DNA of 63,328 nt, filler included, from Octopus bimaculoides (taxonomy: Eukaryota): the NCBI RefSeq assembly GCF_001194135.2. It is 7 parts of 6 records of this genome, joined end to end, with 100 filler letters (N's around TTAATTAATTAA, not from the genome) between each part and the next. Parts side by side here need not be neighbours in the genome. Positions count along the whole stretch, not along the records: positions 15,197 to 31,137 come from NC_068991.1; positions 31,238 to 39,641 come from NC_068981.1; 5 more parts are not named here. One strand, written 5' to 3'. Shown in pieces: positions 24,520 through 36,991 of the stretch; the first letter of the stretch is position 1, and every line of letters starts with the position of its first letter. Made by a program: the position numbers and the translations under genes. Below the pieces are notes generated by a model. That model was not told where the DNA came from. It was given only the letters and a program-made list of their open reading frames with translations, and searched no databases.

Positions 24520-24757
24520 TGATAATAATAATAATAACAAGAGTAAATGCATGTATATGAGTGTGTCTCCCTAGCTGCACATCTTGCATATGCATATCCA
24601 TTATTAATGCAATACAGTGTGCATCTAGTCTTCACTTAATGCTAATGTACAGATATTAAAACACTTTTGAAATAGCTTGTTTGGTTTGGGGCTAATGTAT
24701 ATATGAATGTGTGTGTATGTGTGTGTGTTTGTGTGCTTGCAATTGTATGTGTTTGTA

Positions 24758-24797
<40 letters not shown>

Positions 24798-24850
24798 CTT
24801 ACAATATTTTCACTTGTTTTTGGAAATGCATGCAATTGTACTTTTGTGTG

Positions 24851-24903
<53 letters not shown>

Positions 24904-25249
24904 GCACACATACACACCTAAATGTACACACATGCACAAATGTATACACACAGAGACATACACACATATATGCTTACATTTAGAGTATCAACATGATGCA
25001 TATCACCATGTTTCCATTCACAACATGTGTGCACTACTTCATTTCCTTCCCTTACACTAAACTGCTACATACCACATACACGCATGCTCATTCTTATGTA
25101 CACCTTCCCATACACACTTACCAACACATATATACACACATACACAGTGTAACAACATGCACCACGTACATATGTCACAATACGTATATGGATACACACC
25201 TCCCTGCCTTGTACATGTGCACTTACCTATCTGCATATACATACACACA

Positions 25250-25434
25250 GTGAAGGTACGTGGCTTAGTGGTTAGAGTATTGGACTCATGATCATAAGAT
25301 TGTGGTTTCAATTCCTGGACTAGGTGATGCGTTGTGTTCTTGAGTAAAGCACTTTGTTTCACGTTGCTCCAGTCCACTAAGCTGGCAATAATGAGTAATC
25401 CTGCAACAGACTGGTGTCCCCACTAGGTGGGGAA
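25250..25434 (+). mobile_element. tRNA-headed SINE with V-domain-like core
   Basis: Box A tggcttagtgg 25261-25271, box B gtttcaattcc 25305-25315, cttgagtaaagcactt, cctgcaacagactggtgtccc (25400-25420). Confidence 0.7.
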
Positions 25435-25442
25435 TATATACA

Positions 25443-25672
25443 GGGCAGCGAGCTGGCAGAATTGTAAGTACGCCGGGCGAAATGCCTAGCGGTATTTCGT
25501 CTGCAGTTACTTTCTGAGTTCAAATTCCGCTGAGGTCGACTTTGCCTTTCATCCTTTCGGGGGTCGATTAAATAAGTACCAGTTATGCACTGGAGTCGAT
25601 GTAATCGACTGAAACCCTTTGTCCTTATTTGTTCCCTCTATGTTTAGCCCCCTGTGGGCAATAAAGAAATAA
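25443..25672 (+). mobile_element. Full-length Meta-domain-like SINE
   Basis: ggcagcgagctggcagaat...gagttcaaattccgctgaggtcgactttgcctttcatcctttcgggggtcgattaaataagtaccag...gtgggcaataaagaaat. Confidence 0.9.
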
Positions 25673-26196
25673 ATATATGCACCATGCAAACTATTAAATA
25701 ACAATAAGAAACAGTCAATTTGAATGTCATTCCAAGCTACTAAAATAACATCCAGTGGGACTTAATTTCATAGAAAGGCTAAACACTTATTACCTCCACC
25801 ATAGGGAAAATGGAGGTATTGTTTTCAGTTGTGTTTGTTTGTTTGTCCATGGACATGATATCTCAAGAATCACTGGATGGATTCAGATGAAACTTTCAGG
25901 GATGTTTGGCCTCATGACTGGCACAAACCGATTAGATTTGGGATTGATGTAATGCTGGACAAGGATTCTGGATTATATTTCTGTTCTTTTTTTCCTTAAT
26001 TTTTGAGAGAGTTCAGGTTCAATTTTAGTATTTTCGTTTGTGAGAGCAGTCAAGTTTATTTCAGATATTCTCATTTTAAAAATCATCTCCGGCTAATTAT
26101 TGAGAAGATGTTGGTGTTGCTTTGGCAGAGGTTTGCACTCTCCGGGTGCTCTTGTCACTATTATCATCAATATATATCAATATATTGTTAATAATA

Positions 26197-27000
26197 ATGG
26201 TTTCAAATTTCAGCTCAAGACCAGCAAATTCGAGGGAGGGGATAAGTTGATTACATTGATCCCCGTGTTCAACTGGTGCTTATATCATCAACCCCAAAAA
26301 GATGAAAGGCAAAGTCAACCTTAGCAGAGTTTGAACTCAGAACATAAGGCAGTACGAAATGCCACTAAGTATTTTGTCTGGCATGCTAATGATTCTGCCA
26401 GCCAGCTTGCAGCCTTATATATTCATGATGGTGATGATGATGAGGAGGAGGATGATGATGATGAGGATGATGATGATGAGGATGATGATGAGGATGATGA
26501 TGATGATGATGAGGATGATGATGATGATGATGATGAGGATGATGAGGATGAGGATGAGGATGATGAGGATGATGATAATAATAATCCTTTCTACTTTAGG
26601 CACAAGGCCTGAAATTTGGGGGCAAAGAACTAGTCGATAACATCCACCATAGTGTTTCACTGGTACTTAATTTATCGACCCTGAAAGGATGAAAGGCAAA
26701 GTTGACCTCAGCGGAATTTGAACTCAGAACATAAGGCAGTAGGAAATGCCACTAAGCATTTTACCCAACATGCTAATGACTCCGCCAGCCAGCTTACTGC
26801 CTTAAAAATTCATCATCATCATGGTTTCAAATTTTAGCACAATGCCAACAGTTATGGGGGGAGGGAGCAAGTTGATTAAATCAGCCCCAGTGCTTGCCTA
26901 GTACTTATTTTATCGACCCCTGTAAAGATGAAACGCTAAAGTCGACCTTGGCGGAATTTGAACTCGGAACATACAGACAGATGAAATACCACAGAGCATT
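26197..27000 (-). mobile_element. Three tandem same-orientation Meta-domain-like SINEs
   Basis: Copies at 26197-26415, 26581-26803 and 26821-27000, separated by (GAT/GAG)n and (CAT)n. Confidence 0.88.
26425..26580. repeat. (GAT/GAG)n trinucleotide repeat
   Basis: Imperfect gatgatgag array; source of the spurious poly-D/E, poly-M and poly-I ORFs. Confidence 0.95.
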
Positions 27001-28329
27001 GACTTATATTAATATGCAACCAGTGCTGTTTTGGTTATCTTGCTTATAATTTTCTAATGACATATCCAAGAATATCAGTATTAAGGAATATATATCAATT
27101 TTGCTTTGCTTTTGTCCATTTATTATTCCATCTGAGTAGAGCATCGGTGAGCATATGTATAAGCATGCCTATACGTAAGCAGGATTTTCCATTTGAATCA
27201 TGTTGCTTATTATAGGAAGCTCAAAGATGAACAGTGAGAGTGTGTGTGTGAGAGAGAGAGAGAGAGAGAAAGAGTGTGTGAGAGAGAGAGAGAGAAAGAG
27301 AGGGAGACAATGTGTTTCAGTAAGTAACTGTAATAAAAGGAGAAAAAAANNNNNNNNNNNNNNNNNNNNNNNNNNNNNNNNNNNNNNNNNNNNNNNNNNN
27401 NNNNNNNNNNNNNNNNNNNNNNNNNNNNNNNNNNNNNNNNNNNNNNNNNNNNNNNNNNNNNNNNNNNNNNNNNNNNNNNNNNNNNNNNNNNNNNNNNNNN
27501 NNNNNNNNNNNNNNNNNNNNNNNNNNNNNNNNNNNNNNNNNNNNNNNNNNNNNNNNNNNNNNNNNNNNNNNNNNNNNNNNNNNNNNNNNNNNNNNNNNNN
27601 NNNNNNNNNNNNNNNNNNNNNNNNNNNNNNNNNNNNNNNNNNNNNNNNNNNNNNNNNNNNNNNNNNNNNNNNNNNNNNNNNNNNNNNNNNNNNNNNNNNN
27701 NNNNNNNNNNNNNNNNNNNNNNNNNNNNNNNNNNNNNNNNNNNNNNNNNNNNNNNNNNNNNNNNNNNNNNNNNNNNNNNNNNNNNNNNNNNNNNNNNNNN
27801 NNNNNNNNNNNNNNNNNNNNNNNNNNNNNNNNNNNNNNNNNNNNNNNNNNNNNNNNNNNNNNNNNNNNNNNNNNNNNNNNNNNNNNNNNNNNNNNNNNNN
27901 NNNNNNNNNNNNNNNNNNNNNNNNNNNNNNNNNNNNNNNNNNNNNNNNNNNNNNNNNNNNNNNNNNNNNNNNNNNNNNNNNNNNNNNNNNNNNNNNNNNN
28001 NNNNNNNNNNNNNNNNNNNNNNNNNNNNNNNNNNNNNNNNNNNNNNNNNNNNNNNNNNNNNNNNNNNNNNNNNNNNNNNNNNNNNNNNNNNNNNNNNNNN
28101 NNNNNNNNNNNNNNNNNNNNNNNNNNNNNNNNNNNNNNNNNNNNNNNNNNNNNNNNNNNNNNNNNNNNNNNNNNNNNNNNNNNNNNNNNNNNNNNNNNNN
28201 NNNNNNNNNNNNNNNNNNNNNNNNNNNNNNNNNNNNNNNNNNNNNNNNNNNNNNNNNNNNNNNNNNNNNNNNNNNNNNNNNNNNNNNNNNNNNNNNNNNN
28301 NNNNNNNNNNNNNNNNNNNNNNNNNNNNN

Positions 28330-28371
<42 letters not shown>

Positions 28372-28374
<3 letters not shown>

Positions 28375-28889
28375 CGGCCTGAGTAAAAAGTAAGCAACGT
28401 TTTGAAACATGAAATTCATCACAATATATTTCAACAATGCAGAAATTCTATCCCTCAAAGTAAGTACCATTACAATCAACATATTTTCGCCAACGAGTTG
28501 CAATTTTGTTTTATTCTAGTAACATAAAAATCTGCAGTTCCAGAGCTGATGAACTCTTTGAATGCAATTTCAGCATCAGTTTGATTTTTGAACTCTTTCT
28601 CTCAGGAAACCATCAAGGTGCTTGAAAAAGTAGTGGTCGGTAGGAGAAAGGTCTGGGGAATTTCACGTTGGCTCTTTGTTTCAACTTTCTGTGAAAAATC
28701 ACAGACTACAACATACACATGATCAGAAAAACACAAATTTCACCACTTGCAAAGTAAACATAGCAATGTCACTTAACACACTGTCTCATGAAGTCCACTG
28801 CTAGCTCTCACTGCTCATGCAACTGTGTGCTGTGTCATCTGTTGGCACATTACAGAACTAGTCCAGGAACTTTTTGATATCACCTCATA
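28372..28889 (-). mobile_element. Non-autonomous mariner derivative (chimeric ends), TA-flanked
   Basis: Minus strand: tatgaggtgatatcaaaaagttcctggact...ttgaaacaaagagccaacgtgaaatt (LKQRANVKF) joined to SPDLSPTDHYFFKHLDGFL / FKNQTDAEIAFKEFISSGTADFY / RWRKYVDCNGTYFEG*, ending ttactttttactcaggccgata. Confidence 0.9.
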
Positions 28890-29055
28890 TATTTGGAAAG
28901 GCATAGGCATAGCTGTGTGATTAAGAAGTGTATTCCAATCATGTGGTTTCAAGTTCAGTCCCATTGTATAGAACCTTGGGCAAGTGTCTTCTACTATAGC
29001 CTAGTTCATCCTAATCATTGTGACTGGATTCGGTAGAAGCCCATTGTAAATATGA

Positions 29056-29086
<31 letters not shown>

Positions 29087-29329
29087 TAATTATGCATTCT
29101 TTTAGTGATCCGACTGATGAACTATGGATGACAAATTAATTTATTTGCTCATTAACAAGGAAACTCGAATATGGGATTAACTAATACTTTTTTTGTTTCT
29201 ATTCATTCTAGTGCTATTATTGGCATGCCTTTAAAATTATTCTTTTTGTGGTTTGGATTTAATTGGCCTTTTTAGCATGTAAGAAGCCCTGTCAAGGGTC
29301 TTCTCTATGTGTATAAATCTTTATACACT

Positions 29330-29565
29330 CTCATATATATATATATACATATATATATCATACATATATATAGATATATATACATACATATATATACATA
29401 TATATACATACATATATATACATATATATATACATACATATATATACATATATATATACATATACATATATATACATATACATATATATACATATACATA
29501 TATATACATATACATACATATACATATACATACATATACATATATATACATATACATACATATAC

Positions 29566-29620
<55 letters not shown>
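29330..29620. repeat. (TA)n/(TACA)n/(TATACA)n compound microsatellite
   Basis: Directly visible. Confidence 0.95.
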
Positions 29621-29623
<3 letters not shown>

Positions 29624-31137
29624 CTATGTGTGCGTATTGCGTATGTATTATCATTATTATTATCCTCAGTTCTGAGACGCCATTGCAAGACATCTTTACA
29701 ATTAACAACGTACTCTTCCCCTTTTTTCTTTTTGCTCGCTCCCTTTCTAAACCACCTTAACCAATATTTGTATACCACCCACACACCCAGCTAACTGTCC
29801 ACCACCCACCCATCTCCATTCCCCCTATCTCAGTTTTTAATATCCATTAAGTAACCCTCTGCAACCAGTGCTTCCGCTTTGCGTTTGCATGAAGAAAAAA
29901 AGAAACAAAACAAAAAACAACAAAAAACAATGACAGCAACAACAACAACAACAACAACAAAATCTTGGTTGGTTCTGTAAGGGAAATAGAACCAAGAAAT
30001 ATTTCCTACTTTGACATCATTTGCTAGAAGAAATGTGCTTATTATTGATTCAAAGAACATTCATTCTTAGATTTCTTGCACTTCAATACTAGTGTAATAT
30101 AATCTACAGCATTTCTCCAGAGAATGCGAATGTTGTTTTTGTTTTTATTTTATTCCTCCCCCCCCCCCCCCCCACTATTATTGTGCATTGAGCATTGTGG
30201 CACAGCTTTTTTCCTCTAGGCTGCCAGGCACAGTTTCGATGGCTAGCTCTTGTTTTCATGGTAGAATATACAGCATGATATGTGTCACATTTTTTTTCTT
30301 CCACTATTGTCATAGCAATATGAAATATTTTGCAAATCATCATCATCACCACCACCAACACCACCACCACCACCACCATCATCATCATAGGTGTAGGCAT
30401 GGCCATGTGGTAAGAAGTTTGCTTCCCAACCACATGGTTCTGGGTTCACTCCCACTGCATGGCAACTTGGGCAGGTTTCTTCAAGTATGGCTTTGGGCCA
30501 GCCAATGCCTTGTGAGTGGATATGGTAAATGGAAACTAAACAAAGCCTGTCGTATGTGTGTGTGTGTGTGTGTGTGTGCATGTGTGTGTGCATGTGTGTG
30601 CATAATAGAAAAATCTGAGAAGGTAGCATGCACAAAACAAAGACAGCAAACAACGGAAAATGGAAAACAAAAAATAGAAACTAAAGTGTAAAAACTAAAA
30701 AGTAAAAAGGTAAAAGAGCTATCCTCCTTAAACCTTAAATGATAAGGCTGGAAAGATATCAATTCAGTCACGAATTTCTTCAAAATATAATTATAAATAT
30801 GTGTGCAACCACTGAAAATTTCTTTCTAACCTGGAGTTCAACAGAGTGTTAGGGATCTTAGATCTGAACAGGATCTGTGCTCTTTCGGCCAAATACATTT
30901 TACATTTATTCAATCCATTCATATAAGGTGTTTTTGCTCAATAAACACTCACAATGCCTGGTCTAGGAATCGAAACCACGATCTTATGACCGCGAGTCCG
31001 CTGCCCTAATCACTGGGCCATTGCACCGCCACCACATGCCTTATAATATTTGTAACGAAACAGATGTCACAGCGTTACATTCCTACAACGTATGTGCACC
31101 CTTATGATGTCTATGACAAAGTAGATGTCACAGTGTC

Positions 31138-31237
31138 NNNNNNNNNNNNNNNNNNNNNNNNNNNNNNNNNNNNNNNNNNNNTTAATTAATTAANNNNNNN
31201 NNNNNNNNNNNNNNNNNNNNNNNNNNNNNNNNNNNNN
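31138..31237. other. Artificial scaffold-join spacer
   Basis: 44N + TTAATTAATTAA (31182-31193) + 44N. Confidence 0.97.
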
Positions 31238-32127
31238 TCTTTGCCTCTGAAGTAGGTATTTTTGCAGCCCTATGGTCGTTGTTTTATAATAGTTTTCCAG
31301 CTGTATAAGACCCCTGCCACCTTCTGTGCGTTGTATATATAGCCTTTCTGTGTCAGATTTTGGGTGGTGCATCCTATATCCTGTCATTATTTTTCTTGTT
31401 TTCCTGTCTATTTTAGATAGTTCGTTTAGTGTCCACTTTAAGGATATTGTAGCTGTAGCTTATAACTGGGACAGCTAAAGTGTTGATACCAATTATCTTG
31501 TTTTTAGCATTGAGCTCTACTCTTAGTATTGATCTAACTCGTCTATAGTACTTTTTCTTTATTTTTTCTTTCATTTGTGTGTGTTGTATCCTATCTAGTT
31601 CATTGACTCCTAAATATTTGTATAGCTGGCTTTCGTCTAGTTCTTTTATTTCATTGGCTTTATCTAGTGTGATGTTGCTACTTTTAACTAATTTTCCTCT
31701 TTTCAGGGTTGCTTTGTCACATTTTTCTAATCCGAATTTCATATCTATTTCCTTGATAAAGCCATGTACCGTCTGTAGTAATGTTTCCAGCTCTTTGTCA
31801 TTTTTAGCGTATAATTTTAGGTCATCCATATATAAAAGGTGGCTGACTGTTTTTCCGTAGCATTTGTAACCGCATCCAGTTCTATTTAGCAATTCAGTTA
31901 AAGGTGTGAGTGCCAGGCAGAACATGAGTGGAGAAAGCGTGTCTCCTTGGAATATTCCTCTTCTAATGGGGATGGCTTTCGTTTTCACAAGTCCCTCTTT
32001 TGTTTGGAGCTGTAGCACTGTCTGCCATTTGTTCATTGAGTGCCTTATGTATTTTATAATAATTGGTGCCACCTTGTTTATGGCTAGTGTTTCCAGAATC
32101 CACGTGTGGGGAACACTGTCGAAAGCC
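31238..32127 (-). mobile_element. R4/Dong-clade (RLE-type) non-LTR retrotransposon RT fragment, 5-prime truncated
   Basis: KAFDSVPH, RGIFQGDTLSPLMFCLAL, SHLLYMDDLKLY (YMDD at 31821-31832), FGLEKC, YKYLGV, INTLAVPVISYS, then after a frameshift MHHPKSDTERLYIQRTEGGRGL; little decay. Confidence 0.9.

Positions 32128-32187
<60 letters not shown>
32128..32187. repeat. (TTA)n / (TAA)n microsatellite
   Basis: About 20 perfect units between the Dong fragment and a SINE head. Confidence 0.95.
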
Positions 32188-32188
<1 letters not shown>

Positions 32189-32317
32189 GACGGCGATCTG
32201 GCAGAATCGTTAGCGTGCCGGACGTAATACTTAGCGGAATTTCGCCCGTCGCTACGTTCTGAGTTGAAAATCTGCCGAGGTCGGCTTTCATCCTTTCGCG
32301 GTCGATAAACTAAGTAA
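32188..32317 (+). mobile_element. Meta-domain-like SINE, 5-prime part
   Basis: gacggcgatctggcagaatcgttagcgtgccggacg...tttcatcctttcgcggtcgataaac. Other copies at ~37515-37665(-), 42917-43096(-), 45812-46030(+), 46730-46790(-). Confidence 0.85.
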
Positions 32318-32559
32318 CTCGAGAAACATTTTATGATTAAAAGTTGATCCTTACAACTAAGAGAGACATGTTTATAACATTTTGCTGGTCAAGGAATATC
32401 TGGTCATTCAACAAAAGGTGGTATATGTATAATCATTACTGATGGATGTTAGTATATCATATACATGGTTAAAAGACATGTCAGTGGCCTTTTGAGTTAT
32501 TAGTTTCGTGATTTGGGGGAAGTAACTAAACTACTCATTTTTACCAATCAGGGAGAGAT

Positions 32560-34930
32560 TTTCCTTGCCTCATGAATATTATTGTAAAGGTAACTCAGCC
32601 TCGCATGCGATGCAGGGAAAACATTGAACTAGAAGGTCATGATCTTGTCTTTCCCAAGGGATTTCCGTTTTTTTTTGGAGGGTAGGGGGGCATTCTCTGT
32701 ATGATCCCAAGATCTTCAACATAGATATTTTTTCTATATAGAGTGCGTGATTGTTGTATTCTTTAGTGTGCGACCACCTCGATCTCCAAATCGTTTGTCC
32801 TTTCCCATCAGTGTATGGAGCCTGAATGTAGTTTTGATAGTTTTATTAGCTTTTGAAAGTTTCCTGTAGTAAACTTCGAAAGGCCAATATAACTATCAAA
32901 ACATTTTATAATTGTTCCTGAATATATTATCTCTGAAAAGAATTTGGTGTTTTTCTCGAGACTCCTTATCAATGTTACTTTGGCTAGGATAATTTGCTTC
33001 ACCGGTATTGTCTATTCTTTTTCATATATTTTCTTTTCGGCTTCCTAGTTTTTGGTATCGGAATAATTATAGATTTTAATGTACTTGAGTATTTCAACGT
33101 CAGATTAAACAATTTTATTTCGAGCTGTGGAGAAGACCTGAGATGTCGTTTACATAGACTATAAAAAAGAATCTGAACCAAAACGGTCCCCTATGGGCCA
33201 ACTCTGGTGGGATTTGCTGGACTTGAGTAGATTCTACCAATCGCAACCTGGGTTCTGCTCACCAGAAAGTATTTAATCCCGAATAGCAATTTACTGGGCA
33301 TCCCGATACTTGAAATTTCTGGCAGTCAATATATATGACGTTAGATTTCCAAAGTGATCCCAAGGCTTTAAGGATATCATTGATGTTACGTAAGAAGTAT
33401 TTTAGGCACTCCCTGCCTCAGAGAAAGTTCTGCTGGTTGGAATTTAGTGAGTTGTGGTTCTCCAGGAAGACAATTTATAAACATTTTAATGATATGGGAT
33501 GTGAATTACATTGGGCAATATTTAACTGCGATAGACCGGGTTCCCTTTATAAGGACCGGGAAGGTAGATTGAAATAAAAAGTGTTTCGATATATGGCCAG
33601 AATCTAAATGATTCTACAGAGATTCGTCAGATGTGTTGTAAGTTGGTTACTGCTTTCCTTCAGGACACTTGCGGGGAATTTATCAGCGCCTACTGCAGAA
33701 TAGTTATTGATTTCCTTTATCACCAGTGTAATGTCTGAAGTAATAAAAGATATGCATGGAAAATTATGTTGAGGATTGGGTACTTTCAAGTCCCTTGCAT
33801 CAGTTCCACTGGAATTACCAAAGACAGAGTAGTATTAATTTTCCAGTACATTATTTAGTGTTATGGTGGAGACTGGTGTTATCGTCTATCAGTGGACCAA
33901 CGAGTGAGACAACGGCCTCCTTCATGTTCCTATATTAATAGAACACTTATAGATGCTATTATTATTTGTTTTATTATCCAGTTTTTAACCCTGCAGTTCT
34001 TTGATTAACGATATAGGGTATCATGCTAATCAGCCGATGTTGTTTTTCCACCTCAAGCTTTCTTATTGCTGCTGAATGTGGTTGTAGTATTTTAATTATC
34101 TGCTCTTTTGTAATTAAGACCTTGGTTCTCCTGATGGGTGTTTTGTTCTTTCTTGAGAGCCTATTTCTATTGTGAGGTTCGTAGGCGCGTGTTTTGAGCA
34201 TTTATAAGTGACCTGGTTCTCAGAGAGTTGCCATGTTGTCTGTATATCAACGTTCTGAGTTCAAATTCCACCGAAGTCGACGTTACCTTTCATCCTTTCG
34301 TGATCGATAAAGTACCAGTTGCGTATTGGGGTCGATCTAATCGACAAGCCCCCTCCCCAAAAATTTCCGCACTTGTGCCTAGAGTAGAAAAGAAAAGAAT
34401 ATCAGAGAAACTGAGTGAAGGACCAGTCGATAAGTGTCACATCTTTTGTAACTGCTTCCCTGTCTGCTTTATGAAAACTGATGTTGTCTAAAAGATGAAC
34501 TGAGGCGTGCGTGACTGGTTTGGTTTTCGTAATGCTGGAAACGAAGGTTACAGAGTATTATGTCGTAGTAAGAAGAATTTTTTTCAACTGAAATGCTATG
34601 GGTGGAGCTAGCGTGGTTTGCTCATATGAGTAATAAGATCGTTTTGCTTTGGCTTGTTGTTCGAAGTAAAAGTTTGGTTAGGAAAAATTCATTTATTGAA
34701 TAAGATATTAATTCTGTTGCTGATTTGTCTGGCGTAGTGCAGTTACCAGGCTTCAGAGTATTTGAGAGTCGGTTCACGTAAGGTAGGTTAACATCACCTA
34801 TCATCAATATGTTCCCGGAGTTGTACTTGTGGAGAAAGGACTCGATGTTATTAAGGATGTTATTAAGTGTTTGGAGAGATCTGTTGCGACCAGAAATGGT
34901 TATGCCGTTAAGTTTATTGCACAACAATAT
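32560..34930 (-). mobile_element. Old CR1/L2-like LINE remnant (APE endonuclease + RT), heavily disrupted
   Basis: ILMIGDVNLP (GDFNLP-like), NISFHKAD..IDW, SAVGADKFPASVLKE, FTSHIIK, NVIYID, IVYVNDIS-like fragments in several frames; interrupted by a SINE. Confidence 0.75.
34232..34401 (+). mobile_element. Meta-domain-like SINE nested in the CR1-like LINE
   Basis: cgttctgagttcaaattccaccgaagtcgac..ctttcatcctttcgtgatcgataaagtaccag..cttgtgcctagagtagaaaag. Confidence 0.85.
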
Positions 34931-36355
34931 TGATTCACAATAGTATTGGGAAATATGACCTTGACATCCATGGCAATGGAATTATGGAGAAAAATAGCTG
35001 CTCCTCCTTTATTTCGGTCAGTGCAATCTGCACGGAAGATGATGAATTTTGTTATTTTCTACTCAGCATCTCTCCACATAGTGTGTGTGTATGTGTGTGT
35101 GTATGTGTGTGTGTATATATGTGTGTGTGTGCGCGCACGTGTGTGTCTTAGGATATAAACACACTTGCACATACGAGTTGGCCCTTTCTCTATCACTCAA
35201 TTTCTAACACCTGATAGAGGTATACCATAATAATTCTATTAGTTGTATAGTGGCTTCCGATAAGGGAACCGAAACATGATATAGAAGGATGAAAAGGAAA
35301 TTATATTAACATGAATATTTTCGTCAGATTCCCCAGAAAATAAATCTCCTCGCATTCCTAGAAGTGATACTTTCTAGAAGAGAGAATTACAAAATATTTG
35401 CCAGTAGTCATTATAGTTGATATCCCTGTCGTCATTGTCAGTTTTCACTATTTCACCCTCTTCTTCTTCTTCCTCCTACACCATTACCATTATCATCATC
35501 ATCATTATTAGTATATAATTGTATCCATAGAGTTTTCCGTCTCCATGACCTAATATCAAAATGCACTCCTTACTTATTATTGAGAAATTTGTTTTAGAAA
35601 TTAATATTAACTCTGGCACATGCAATATTGTTTAAATCGATTTGCTTGTTCATATGCAACGAGAAACTTACTCATCTAATGTTCAACATTATCAAAATAT
35701 TATCGTAGTCATTATTTAATGCCGGGGTAAATAATCTAAAAACGAATTTAGAAGAGCAACTGGAATTGTGATTCCGAAAATAACGCTGCTGGCAACTTTC
35801 ATGAACTTCAGACTACAATGACGGTGGAAACAAATATAATGAAAATTATATTAGCAACGACAATCATAATGAAGCTAAGGATTTTCTTGTCATCTAACAT
35901 GTAACCAATGGTCCAAATATAGTATAGCTTCCTCCCATAATAGAAAGTCGTCGATTGTATGCACGTTACCGAGATCAACGTGTCAAATATCCGGTCACTC
36001 ACCCAAATTCTTTTTAATATTCAGGAACAAGGGGAATTTTATTAAATTAGACTCAGTAGATCTCTCTTCCTACGTCGTTGATCTCTCTACTACTGAAAAC
36101 ATATTTCTTGAAGTTTAAATTATCTATTTTCAATATTTCAATACACACACACAAGCACACTCATATATCAGTATATATATATANNNNNNNNNNNNNNNNN
36201 NNNNNNNNNNNNNNNNNNNNNNNNNNNNNNNNNNNNNNNNNNNNNNNNNNNNNNNNNNNNNNNNNNNNNNNNNNNATATATAGATACATAGATAGATATA
36301 GATATATATGTCTAGACACACAAACACACGCACACATGCATATATATATACATAA

Positions 36356-36397
<42 letters not shown>

Positions 36398-36902
36398 TTA
36401 TCTATTTCTCTGTGTCCTAAATCTTTGGAAAGAGCAATAATCACAATGTTGATTATTACACTGCTATGAACACCAGGAAAGTTGGAATATATAATATCAA
36501 GCGTTCGCGGCTAATTTTGCACACTCACATCATCTGAATTAATAACTCTTGTATTATTGATAATAATATTTTACGATTATTGAGTGTAGGCGATGCCTGA
36601 AGCTAACTTGTTAGCGAAATAAATGTTAAATATAGATAATTTAAAATTGAGGGAATATGTTTTGTTTGATTTAGAGATCAACAGCGTAGTAAGTGGGATG
36701 GAGTGTGTCTAATTTAATAAAATTCCCCTTATTCTTCAATTCTGAATGGAATTTGGGAGAGTGAGCGGATATTCGATACATTGGTCTGCTCAATGTGCAC
36801 AGAATCGATGACTTTGGGTTGTTGTTAGCGTTGCCAAGCAGTAGTGGAGGACAAACACAGACATATATGTTTATACATACATACATATTGAAAGAAGCAC
36901 AT

Positions 36903-36991
<89 letters not shown>

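Noticed and set aside
26331-26612. Acidic poly-D/E ORF
   Set aside because: (GAT/GAG)n tract flanked by antisense SINE sequence; no splice or coding context
28545-28585. C/D-box-like TGATGA motif
   Set aside because: Lies inside the antisense strand of mariner coding sequence
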